DNA from: Octopus sinensis
Taxonomy: Eukaryota
Direction of reading: 5' to 3'
NCBI RefSeq assembly: GCF_006345805.1
Contig: NW_021825168.1
Span: 1-16,487, forward strand
DNA: 16,487 bases
A model generated the notes under the pieces. It was not told where the DNA came from. It saw nothing but the letters and a program-made list of their open reading frames with translations, and ran no database searches. The stretch's first letter is position 1. Each line of letters begins with the position of its first letter. Positions 1 through 9,785 of this stretch are shown here, piece after piece. A program made the position numbers and the translations under genes.

Positions 1-44
1 ACTTGTATAAATGAATACATATATGATATAAAGTCATATAATTA

Positions 45-55
45 CTATCTGTCTA

Positions 56-121
<66 letters not shown>

Positions 122-195
122 CGTCCGCCCGCCCGTCCATCCGTCCGTCCATCTGTTTGTCTGTCCGTCCGTCTGTCTGTCTGTCTGTCCATCAG

Positions 196-242
<47 letters not shown>

Positions 243-269
243 GTCTGTCTGTCTGTCTGTCTGTCTGTC

Positions 270-305
<36 letters not shown>

Positions 306-306
306 T
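45..306. repeat. Compound tetranucleotide microsatellite (TCTG)n/(TCCG)n/(TCTA)n
   Basis: Tandem arrays read directly; edges approximate. Confidence 0.97.
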
Positions 307-490
307 TACAGAAAAACAAAAGACGAAAACAAGTGTATGAACAATGAGCAGGTGTATTAGTTTGACGCTCGGGAAAATGAAAAAGACCTTTACCTTTCGA
401 GCCTACGCTCTTCAGCAGAAACGAATAACAGAAAAGAAACAGAGAGAGAATGAAAAAAACTTGTATATTTCAGCGGTCCAGCATGGCGAA
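307..490 (-). mobile_element. Short repeat fragment carrying a degenerate hammerhead-like motif (possible PLE terminal-repeat relic)
   Basis: Shares a 15/17 block (361-377 vs 3561-3577) and the adjacent hammerhead-like architecture with 3500-3695. Boundaries are set only by the flanking microsatellites. Confidence 0.5.
387..423 (-). ncRNA. Degenerate minimal type I hammerhead-like motif
   Basis: Minus strand: TTT-CTGCTGA-A-GAGC(gtag)GCTC-GAAA-G-GT-A-AAG. Stem II is perfect; the core has A6>C and the stem III palindrome is broken (AGGT instead of ACGT). Confidence 0.45.
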
Positions 491-496
491 ATGCAT

Positions 497-572
497 GTAT
501 GTGTTGTGTGTGTGTGAGTGTGTGTGTGAGTGTGCGTGTGTGTGTGTGCGTGTGTGCGTGTATATGTGCTTT

Positions 573-618
<46 letters not shown>

Positions 619-625
619 TATATGT
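497..625. repeat. (TG)n followed by (TA)n microsatellite
   Basis: Read directly. Confidence 0.95.
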
Positions 626-699
626 TTGTTTTTTTGTTCAGTTATAATATAGATAATTTTACATTAATCTGATGGCTTACTCTATACTTTTGTAGAGTA

Positions 700-779
700 C
701 AATTTATTATACATATACATATGCATATACATTCATATACATAAATGCATATAGACATATGTACTGATATATATATATA

Positions 780-874
<95 letters not shown>

Positions 875-945
875 AGACATACCGACACACATACATATAT
901 ATGCTTAGATATCTATACCTACCTAGTTACGCATAAATATATATA
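700..945. repeat. (TA)n/(TACA)n low-complexity tract
   Basis: Read directly. Confidence 0.93.
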
Positions 946-1421
946 TCGCAGGTTGACTATAGAGACCAAAGTGGCGGATAGAATTACGGTGATTGTCTGG
1001 CGGTTACGATCAATGGAATTTTGGACAGGATTTCAGAAGACGATGCTGTTTCATCTCTTCTTTGCGCATGACTATTTGCCGCATAGATGAATTGAAATAG
1101 TTATGAAGTGACTAAACATACATATAATTTCCCACACTACCTCAGCCTGTGCAGATTTCACTTCCTTGACAATAAAGTTTGCGAAATGGAGAAATTGATT
1201 GATTCTATGTGGTGACGCGCATTTGATTCAGACTGACAATGAAGTCACAGGTCAACCGATAAATCATTTAACTGTTCCAATTCATTGCATTTCTACTGAA
1301 GTTTACGTATATGATGTTATACATTTACGCACATTCAAACTCCTGATACCTATATAGATACAATAACGGGTACCTCTGGAGAATGACCTTGACATATTTG
1401 ATCAAATTGCCCACTCTCTAC

Positions 1422-1518
<97 letters not shown>
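1422..1518. repeat. (TCTA)n microsatellite
   Basis: Near-perfect tetranucleotide array. Confidence 0.97.
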
Positions 1519-1519
<1 letters not shown>

Positions 1520-1679
1520 GTTTATATATCTACATCTGCCTATCTACCTATGTATCTCTCTATTAATACACACCTCCGCATATATATGATTTAGTTATAC
1601 TTGGTAGTAAAATTTAAAGTCATTGCACTCAAAGTTTTTGATTTATATATCATTGTAGTTTGATATATAAAATGTAATG

Positions 1680-1696
1680 ATATGCATACATACATG

Positions 1697-1739
<43 letters not shown>

Positions 1740-1825
1740 ATGTATGTACGTATATATCTCTATATATTTGTGTGTATGCATATGTATGTATGTATGTATA
1801 TATATATATTTATTTATATATATGA
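1680..1825. repeat. Mixed (TA)n/(TG)n/(TATG)n tract
   Basis: Read directly. Confidence 0.9.
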
Positions 1826-2091
1826 AAGAAGGTTTGAAAATGCAAAGGTCTTTTGGAGATGTTTATTGGCTTGACCGGTTTTACTTTTTTAGAAAAAGAT
1901 TATCAAAAGTAAAATGTAAGGTTTTGTATAAGCTTTGTTGTGTTAAAAATGGTTTAACGAAAGTATTAGATTAGAGTTATACAGTTTTTGATCATGATAA
2001 GAAAATGTTAAAAATAGTTTACATGAAAGTATTCAAGAAAGGGAATACAATAAGTATTTTGAGTTCAATAAAAATCATGTTTGTGTGGTAG

Positions 2092-2111
2092 TACACACAC
2101 TCACACACACA

Positions 2112-2155
<44 letters not shown>

Positions 2156-2185
2156 ACACACATACGCACACACACCCGCACACAT
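2092..2185. repeat. (CA)n microsatellite
   Basis: Read directly. Confidence 0.95.
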
Positions 2186-2790
2186 CTCGCCGCCTTAGTT
2201 AAGTTATATTCTGTTAAGAACGTATTAAAGTACAATTTAAAGCTCATCCACTCTCAGGTTTCATCCGGTGCTATCCAGTAGTAGTATTATTCGTACTTCC
2301 AAGTTTTGCGTTTGGTCATCTGTCGTGTGTCAATGGATAATTGAACAAGTTGGAGCTAGACGAACATATATTTGTAATCACTACAATTGTTTCCACGCAA
2401 CGTTCGCAGTCATTTGTTTATGTAACCGCTTCCCCGCATTATGAGATGTTGTTTCCTCAGGTGGTGTATAAATATTTCTTTCTTCTGTGTTCTGTAGACT
2501 CAAATTCACGGCTGCTAGAGCACCTTTTTCTGTATGTTGTGGCTTGCGAGGTAGTACTAACCACTCAGTGTATCAACAAATGTGCTATGGTTGAAAATCT
2601 GTTGACGAAACCGCTCTAAATGGATAGATGCAGTGGAAGAGTGGCTGTGTTATAGATGGTAAGTTTTCAGATTCATATTAAAAGGGTGTGTCATTCTGTT
2701 GTTTTGTTCTGCTAATTTATTCTTCACGATCGCTTAAAATTGACATTGTCCTTGGCTGACCTTCAAGAATTCACCGGTCATTAAGTTGAT

Positions 2791-3023
2791 AAGGCGGCGA
2801 GTTGGCAGAAACGTTAGCACGCCGGGCGAAATGCTTAGCGGTATTTCGTCTGCGTTACGTTGTGAGTTCAAATTCAGCCGAGGTCGACTTTGCCTTTCAT
2901 CCTTTCGGGGTCGATAAATTAAGTACCAGTTACGCACTGGGGTCGATGTAATCGACTTAATACCTATGTCTGTCCTTGTTTGTCCCCTCTGTGTTTAGCC
3001 CCTTGTGGGTAATAAAGAAATAC
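2791..3023 (+). mobile_element. Full-length tRNA-headed SINE monomer (tail type A) with a 14-bp target-site duplication
   Basis: Head GGCGGCGAGTTGGCAGAA, B-box-like GAGTTCAAATTC, central GTCGACTTTGCCTTTCATCCTTTCGGGGTCGATAAATTAAGTACCAG and tail ...GTAATAAAGAAATA. Homologous to copies at about 5947, 6342, 7270 and 13077. Perfect TSD GTCATTAAGTTGAT at 2777-2790 and 3024-3037. Confidence 0.93.
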
Positions 3024-3044
3024 GTCATTAAGTTGATGAACTTA

Positions 3045-3200
3045 CATGTACATATACATATATACATACTCATGCTCGGACACACATATATATATAGAGA
3101 TACACGCACGTACGTGCATACGTACACACACATACAAAGATATATACATATACACATATGTACGCATATACATTCATTCATGTATACTTACATACATAGC
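3045..3200. repeat. Mixed CA/TA low-complexity tract
   Basis: Read directly. Confidence 0.85.
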
Positions 3201-3316
3201 CTAGAGAGTAGAAACAGAGTCGCAATTCATTACAAATTTTATTTTTGTAATTATTAGGTATACCACTTGCATGTGTACCTATGTATATTTAATTCACTTC
3301 TGTACACTCTGAATAT

Positions 3317-3333
3317 GTCTGTGTGTGTATGTA

Positions 3334-3376
<43 letters not shown>

Positions 3377-3387
3377 AAGAATGAGCG

Positions 3388-3422
<35 letters not shown>

Positions 3423-3497
3423 AATATATATATAATATATATATATATAATATATATATATATTATATATATATATATAATATATATATATATATAG
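3317..3497. repeat. (TG)n-(GA)n-(TA)n compound microsatellite
   Basis: Read directly. Confidence 0.95.
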
Positions 3498-3499
3498 TT

Positions 3500-3695
3500 A
3501 ATCCACACAAGAAAGCACAAAAAACAAACAACGCGAGGACGTGGAACAAATATATTATTATTGGACGCTCAGGAAAAAAGGAAAGAGGAGGGTTTAACGT
3601 TTCGAGCGGAGTTCTTCGTCGGAAACATAGCAGAAGTAAAGATCCAGAGAAGGGAAGACAGAAGAAAATAATCGCCAAAGGTACACACGAGGTCA
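3500..3695 (-). mobile_element. Short repeat fragment carrying a hammerhead-like motif (possible PLE terminal-repeat relic)
   Basis: Related to 307-490 and contains the motif at 3592-3626. Bounded by (TA)n tracts; edges approximate. Confidence 0.55.
3592..3626 (-). ncRNA. Minimal type I hammerhead-like motif with palindromic stem III
   Basis: Minus strand: GTTT-CCGACGA-A-GAAC(tcc)GCTC-GAAAC-GT-T-AAAC. Stem I GTTT/AAAC is perfect and stem III is the ACGT palindrome. The core has U4>C and stem II has one mismatch. Confidence 0.6.
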
Positions 3696-3824
3696 CATTT
3701 TGAATATATATATATGTGCGTGTGTATGTGTGCATATATATATATTTATTTGCATATACATATGGTACCGAGTACGAAGTAGTCATGACCTGGGTACAGC
3801 CCGTCTAGCTTAGAGTTTAAGATG

Positions 3825-3940
3825 TTTATATGTATACACACATATATACATACATACATACATACATACATATATGTATGCATGTATGTATATATGTATA
3901 TAAGTCTATATTTATATGCGTATGTTGAATATGTGTGTAT
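3825..3940. repeat. (TACA)n/(TATG)n/TA low-complexity tract
   Basis: Read directly. Confidence 0.85.
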
Positions 3941-4404
3941 TTGTAAATGTCTCAGCTTATGAGAACAAGCATAACAATTTAGAGTGACGAACTTTTGCGG
4001 TACGGAGAAAGAACAGTGTATCCCTCAACCTAATAACCGTGCTTGAAACCTTGCACAGTTTGAACTCTGCTAAGAGCATCAAAATAGTAACAGATGCTTT
4101 TAAGCGTGTCGACTTATGTATGTATATGTGTAAGGGTAGGCCTGTTTAGGAAAAAAAAATGGGAGCGTTCACGCCTATGAGATACACATTTCACATGAAA
4201 ACTGATGTATATTTGCTTTACGCGGGCTTTTAAAATTTATCCAGTTACTTTAGCTGCAGCAGTTGCCTGTGTTTACTTCGCTTATTGGAAATGTAGTGGA
4301 AATATTAAGAATAGTTTGTCAAGGTGTGGGTAGAGAAATGTGCATCGTATGAATATAGATACATGCATATATCAAACATAGAATAAATGACAATACTTAC
4401 GTGA

Positions 4405-4421
4405 ATACACACACGCATACG

Positions 4422-4464
<43 letters not shown>
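4405..4464. repeat. (TA)n microsatellite
   Basis: Read directly. Confidence 0.93.
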
Positions 4465-4466
<2 letters not shown>

Positions 4467-4764
4467 CACCCTGACCGACCAGGCTATCAGATGTTGCTAC
4501 ACATCGCTGGTCACAGTGCGCTTCGCATTGGTTTAGCCTTCAAATGACGCCACCCCGCTGGCTAAACGAGCAGGCTAACAGAAGAGTGAGAGAAAGTTGT
4601 GGCGAAAGAATACAGCAGGGATCGCGAACACCCCCTGCCGTATACTCGTGGAGCTTTAGGTGTTGTCACTCAATAAACATTCACAATGCCCGGTCTGGGA
4701 ATCGAAACCGCGATCCTTCGACCGCGCGTCCGCTGCCCTAACCACAGGGCCATTGCGCCTCCAC
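4465..4764 (-). mobile_element. Near full-length tRNA-derived SINE of a second family (probably CORE-type, octopus OR-like)
   Basis: Minus strand starts GGAGGCGCAATGGCCCTGTGGTTAGGGCAGCGGAC. A box at 4742-4752, B box GGTTTCGATTCC at 4698-4709. GC-rich island between (TA)n and (CA)n. The family name is from recall. Confidence 0.85.
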
Positions 4765-4773
4765 ACAACACAC

Positions 4774-4806
<33 letters not shown>

Positions 4807-4990
4807 TTAATTAATAAATGCATGCACATACATATATATATTCAATTCATAAATATACATACATACACGCGTACGTTTATAAATATGCATGCATATATGT
4901 GCGAGTATATATGCATATTTGTATAGGAATCTTGTGTGCGAGGGAGAGAGAGAGAGGGAGAGAGAGAGAGAAGGAGAGAGAGAGAGAGAG
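4765..4990. repeat. (CA)n/(TA)n tract and (GA)n tract
   Basis: Read directly; interrupted. Confidence 0.85.
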
Positions 4991-5127
4991 GAAAAGGAAG
5001 ATGAAGGAAGATGGTGTGAGAGAATATTTGATTGTAAGAGTGTGGGAGATCTTTCATAGTAATGGTAGATGTACTACAATATTCCGTCTTAGACGTGCAA
5101 TAAATGGCTATATTTAATTTGAAAAAT

Positions 5128-5158
5128 TCACACACAAACACACACACATACACAAACA

Positions 5159-5196
<38 letters not shown>

Positions 5197-5200
5197 TACA
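5128..5200. repeat. (CA)n microsatellite
   Basis: Read directly. Confidence 0.95.
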
Positions 5201-5946
5201 CAATTGCTTTTGTCAAAGAAAAAGAAAAGGAGCCGTACATAGCTTTTCCAATATGCATTTATCACGCATAACTCGCTTAATGTTTTTAATAAATAATCGA
5301 AAACAAAGTCTCAGATTCTGAACCGACTACAAAAAACACGATTCATATTTTCAATAACAGATACTTACGTTTGTTTACATGCACTAAACTTCCTATAATT
5401 GTTTCGTTTATTAGGAACATAGATGAATTTTGAGAATCTCAATGCGTTCGAAAGAAATCCATATGTAATTAGGAAAGGTTCCGCACTTTAGGGCACCTAA
5501 AACTGCAGATCTATTCGAGCATAATTACTATCCTACACGTCTAAATTTGCATTCTTTCCAAATTAGATGGTTAATAGTGAATCCGGTCAGAATTTTCAAG
5601 CTACTCCCACAAATTAGTGCGCGATAATGGAATCAGAGTTGCACAAACAGACAACAGAAATTGTAAACTAAAGGCGAGGGAAAAACAGATATGTAATTTG
5701 TCGGGTCTCAAGATTCTGATATATATAATTTCTGTATTACTTTACGACACAAAATTGGGAAAGGTCGTTTTTGGAAATGAAAATTGCAGAGGAATAGTGA
5801 CGCCAAACAGAAGGAATCACTTTTAAAGACGGGTTTTATTGTGTCCGTTTCTAAAGTTGATAAATTAGAGTGATGTCTGTGATTTTGAGACATGTTTTGT
5901 GTTTCAACTTCGATATTTGTTCCTGTTAATATTAGTCTTTTGAGAA

Positions 5947-6328
5947 GTCGGAGAGCTGGCAGAAACGTTACCACGCTTAGCGGTATTTCATCTGCCGTTA
6001 CGTTCTGAGTTCAAATTCCGCCGAGATCGACTTTGTCTTTCATCCTTTCGGGGTCGATAAATTAAGTACCAGTTACGCACTGAGGTCGAAATAATCGACT
6101 TAATCCCTTTGTCTATCCTTGTTTGTCCCCTCTGTGTTTAGCCCCTTGTGGGTAGTAAAAAAATAGGTATTTCGTCTGTCTTTACATTCTTAGTTTAAAT
6201 TCCGCCGAGGTCGACTTTACCTTTCATCCTTTCGGGGTCGATAAATTAAGTACCAGCTGCGTTCTGGGATCGATCTTATCGGCTCGCGCCTCCCCAAAAT
6301 ACCGGACCTTGTGTCTAGAATAGAAAAG
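5947..6328 (+). mobile_element. Dimeric SINE: head + module with tail A, fused to a headless module with tail B
   Basis: The first module ends ...GTAGTAAAAAAATA at 6165 and runs directly into GGTATTTCGTC at 6166. The second module ends ...CCTTGTGTCTAGAATAGAAAAG. The head has a short internal deletion relative to the 2791 copy. Confidence 0.9.
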
Positions 6329-6341
6329 AATATTTAGAGAA

Positions 6342-6558
6342 GGAGGTGACCTGGCAGAAGCGTTACCAAGCGGGCGAAATGCTTAGAGGTATTTCGTCTG
6401 TCTCTACTTTCTGAGTTCAAATTCCGCCGAGGTCGACTTTGCTTTTCACCCTTTCAGGGTCGATAAATTAAGTACCATTTGCATACTGGGGTCGATCTAA
6501 TCGACCGCCTCCCCCTTCCCCAAAATTTCGGGCCTTGTGCCTAGAATAGAAAAAGACT
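6342..6558 (+). mobile_element. SINE monomer (tail type B), head-to-tail with the preceding dimer
   Basis: Head GGAGGTGACCTGGCAGAA, the same central domain, and tail CCCCAAAATTTCGGGCCTTGTGCCTAGAATAGAAAAAG. Confidence 0.9.
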
Positions 6559-7269
6559 ATTACTATTTTGAGAATTTTCAGGTCAACTGGCATCCTTTCA
6601 AAAGCACAAGTTGTCAATGGTAAAATGGCGTCACCGACTACAGCATCCTAATGATGCTGAATAGTTAGAAGCATGTTATCACAGGTTTGTACACTTTCTG
6701 TCAACGAAATTATATTTACTTTCATCTTGGCATTCCTAGATTACCTAGGAATGACAACTTTTTGAATTATCTCCCGATACTCTCAAAATTCTCTGTTGCT
6801 ACAGAAAACTGAAGCAACTAGTCAAAAAGAAGCATTGCCTTAAGAGACTTGACAGGAATTTTACACCTTATTGCATCAACAACCCAATTTTCATTCCGTT
6901 CTTGACAACTGGTCCTGGAAGCTTGTTTAGATTATCAAGTTCTTACTGTCCTGTCTTACAAAATTACTTGTATCACTCATTCAAAATTCTAAATTCCTTT
7001 TTCAGCTGACGGGAAATGTGGCTTACATCATTGATGTTAACAAGAATAATTTGAGGCACATAATTCATCTGTTGGCATGTAAAATTGATTTGAATTTTGC
7101 GTGTAAAATGGTTTAAATTTTGGAGGCAAGATCTTAGTATATGAAGGCAATTGTTGACGAACACAATGAAATCTAGCAGAGTTGCTATTGTGAAAACCTT
7201 GGAAGCATTCATCATTTTTAAAGGAATTATGAATCTCAGACTGACAAGGAATTTTCGCCCACAGAATCA

Positions 7270-7488
7270 AGTTCAAATTCCGCCGAGGTCGACTTTGCCT
7301 TTCATCCTTTCGGACTCGATAAATTAAGTACCGGGGTCGATAAATTAAGTACTGGTACTTAATTTATCGACGTAATTGACTTAATCCCTATCTCTGGCGA
7401 TGTAATTGACTCAATCCCTTTGTCTGTTCTTGTTTGTCCCCTTTATGTTTAGCCCCTTCTGGGCAATAAAGAAATAAGAAATAAGAAT
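7270..7488 (+). mobile_element. 5'-truncated, internally rearranged SINE copy (tail A) ending in (AAGAAAT)n
   Basis: Starts at AGTTCAAATTCCGCCGAGG and contains duplicated and inverted copies of GTCGATAAATTAAGTAC. The tail matches the 2791 copy. Confidence 0.9.
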
Positions 7489-8423
7489 GAAGGGTAACGT
7501 GTCTATTAATCTTTTTACTTTGTGTTCGGTGAAGGAAATAAACAATCTGAATTTGATGGCAGCAATGAGCTTTCAAACTGAGCTGAGGTTGCATCAAATG
7601 AAAGTGAAATAAGATCAGGTCAAATTACCAAACAGCCTAGTCTCCAAAATGACCAACTTTATCCAATACTGAATTTTCTTTTTTATTCTATAAATTAAAA
7701 GAGCGTCAACATGTTTGAAGAAAGAATTGCAAAATTATTGATTCCTTCTATGATTAAGACAATTTGTACACTTCTCTAATGATGTTCCTAAGCAGTTGTA
7801 TCGATGATGGACTGCCCTGTATACTTTACTTTGTGAAGAGGGTCTGTTGTATTGCGGTTAGGAAATATAAATATGACAAGTAGATATTTCAAGGGAGCAA
7901 GAATTCAAACAGTCCATTTACGTGAACGCGTGACTGAAGGCAACATTGTTCCAGGATGTGAACATTACACAATATATATCATTTTGCCGCAACATTACTT
8001 AGCACTTCACCCTTTCTCGATTACAGCTTCCAGTTCGAGTGGCTTTCACAATGGCAATCAATTTTCTCCAAATCAATCGTTGACTACAACACGTATATAC
8101 TTCGTAGCTGATATATTTGTGCAGAGACAATTGCATACTGCTCTACTAGAAACAACACAGGCTGCTTCAAATCTAAAGACAGTACTTACACTGAAATATT
8201 CCAGCGTTCAGTTATTCAAATAATGTCGGAATACATATTGTCAGAGCGATTAATAAAGTTTTCATACTCTAAATATATATAATTTTAGAAAACAATAAAT
8301 ATGACCCTTTTATTGCACCTTAAAGACGAGCTTGAATAAAATATACTTTAGTATAATAATAGCGTATGATTTTAAATGAATTTGACTTTTTTTGGTCAAC
8401 AACTTCAGAGATTAAGATTTTAG

Positions 8424-8716
8424 AGTTCTATATTTGAGAGATGAGGAATTATGTACGTTATTTACATTTGACGGACATTTGTCCTCATCTTGTTTATTCT
8501 TAAAAACGTTTCGGTTGATATACTCTCCAGCCTTCTTCAGGTGTCTGGGGGAAATTTCGAACCTGGGTTCTCACTCCTAAGGTATTTTTCGATGTTGTTG
8601 TTGTTATCGAACTGGAATCGAACTCGGAATCTTGGAGTTAGTAGCCCACGCTCTTAACCACTACACTATATACACGTGGATAATTATAGAGTGAATTTTA
8701 GGGCTTATAAATCTAA
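8424..8716 (-). mobile_element. Composite repeat: 5' leader + tRNA-like head + (AAC)n + hammerhead-bearing tail (PLE-related)
   Basis: A box at 8658-8668, canonical B box GAGTTCGATTCC at 8614-8625 and hammerhead motif at 8501-8546. Homologous inverted copy at 8781-8944. The distal boundary is approximate. Confidence 0.8.
8501..8546 (-). ncRNA. Minimal type I hammerhead-like motif (stem I decayed)
   Basis: Minus strand: GACAC-CTGAAGA-A-GGCTGG(agagtata)TCAACC-GAAAC-GT-T. The core is exact, stem III is the ACGT palindrome and stem II has one mismatch. The 3' strand of stem I (TTTA) does not pair. Confidence 0.6.
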
Positions 8717-8717
8717 A

Positions 8718-8792
8718 AGCAGACCTAGTGCAGATATGAGTAGCATATGGGAACCGGTATTAAGAAAGGAATGGAAAATATTAGATTTATAA
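8718..8792 (+). pseudogene. Possible C-terminal remnant of a Penelope-like element ORF (SRPSADMSSIWEPVLRKEWKILDL*)
   Basis: My translation. The S-x-x-W-x-P-x-L pattern just before the stop resembles how I recall PLE RT/GIY-YIG ORFs ending. Not searched. Confidence 0.35.
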
Positions 8793-8944
8793 GCCCTAAA
8801 ATTCAGTTCATAATTGCCCATGGGTATATGGCATAGTGGTTCAGAGCGCGGGCTACTAACCCCAAGATTATGATTTCTATTCCAGACAGTGACCTGAATA
8901 ATAATAATAACAATAAGATCGAAAAATACCATAGGAATGAGAAC
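8781..8944 (+). mobile_element. Second, 3'-truncated copy of the 8424-8716 repeat in inverted orientation
   Basis: A box TGGCATAGTGG at 8829-8839, decayed B box at 8872-8883, (AAT)n, then ATCGAAAAATACC-TAGGA-TGAGAAC shared with the minus copy. Confidence 0.85.
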
Positions 8945-9377
8945 GGTAATAAAAAGGGTGTTTTCACAAGACCAGAAACCAGTATAACAGGTGATTCATT
9001 ATTGTTTAAATTCAAGTTCCTTGCAAATTAAGTGATGAAAATGTGATTTTTGAGAAGAACGTTTTCAAGGTCACCACTTTAAGCAAAATGAAATAACTTT
9101 TAGCTTGAAGCAAAAACTCTGTTGCATTCTTAATTTTTTCTTTTTACTGCTAATTCTACACCAAAAAACTATAAATGATATCAGGATTCAAAAGTTTAAA
9201 TGTTTGAGACAAACTCTGAAATAATATGACATTGATATATTTTCAAGGGCAACACTAATTTATATGATCTCAACAATCAATAACTCGAATGTAGATGGCC
9301 AAGACAAGAAAGTTGTTTGGAAAGCTGCTTTGAGAATAAAAATACTTTCTAGTTCAGAGACGACAATATCCTGCACA

Positions 9378-9455
9378 GATCGATCTCGATTTTTCTGTTC
9401 TTTCGGAATCGATAAAAGAAGTAGCAGTAATACACTGTGATCGATTTAGTCGACT
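9378..9455 (+). mobile_element. Old, diverged SINE central-domain fragment
   Basis: TCTTTCGGAATCGATAAAAGAAGTAGCAG...CACTGTGATCGATTTAGTCGACT aligns by eye with CCTTTCGGGGTCGATAAATTAAGTACCAG...CACTGGGGTCGATGTAATCGACT of the younger copies. Confidence 0.6.
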
Positions 9456-9594
9456 TTTTGTTATTCTGTAGTCAATAGTAATCAATATAACGAATGGTGA
9501 TAGTAATAGCAACAACAATGTTAACAAGGAAATATGGTGTCATCAAGACAGTCTTTGAATTCACAATGTAATCTACGAGTAAACAAAGAACTTC

Positions 9595-9785
9595 TATGCA
9601 GTCGTCTGACATGCTAGAAACATTAACCAAATTCCTCAGACACGACACCACTCTGCTGGAAAATAATTACACGCACAATAGAGAGCATAGTCTATTTTTA
9701 TATATAAAGGCGAGAAGATCATAGCTAGAATCCTTTTGATGACGGACCTGCTCCATCAGGGTTAACCTTGACTAAACAACAAAGT
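9595..9785 (+). mobile_element. Possible diverged tail of an octopus interspersed repeat ending in (AAC)n-like sequence
   Basis: Resemblance to a recalled octopus repeat tail (...GCTAGAAA...GATCAGGG...CTAAACAACAA). No second copy in the window. Confidence 0.3.

Noticed and set aside
951-1090. Open frame after a CAG (LTIETKVADRITVIVWRLRSMEFW...)
   Set aside because: The acceptor has no pyrimidine tract, and there is no donor or recognisable homology.
2454-2460. Minus-strand CTGAGGA hammerhead-core match
   Set aside because: No stem II, GAAA or stem I follows in register.
7852-8223. 123-aa ORF, the longest non-repetitive ORF
   Set aside because: No recognisable motif, TTG start and no supporting splice structure, so it is not called as a CDS.
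8614-8668. Functional tRNA gene (and likewise 4698-4764 and 8829-8883)
   Set aside because: A and B boxes are present but there is no complete cloverleaf with an acceptor stem, and each is embedded in a repeat body. These are SINE-type heads.
9633-9639. Minus-strand CTGAGGA hammerhead-core match
   Set aside because: No downstream stem II or GAAA; a chance heptamer.
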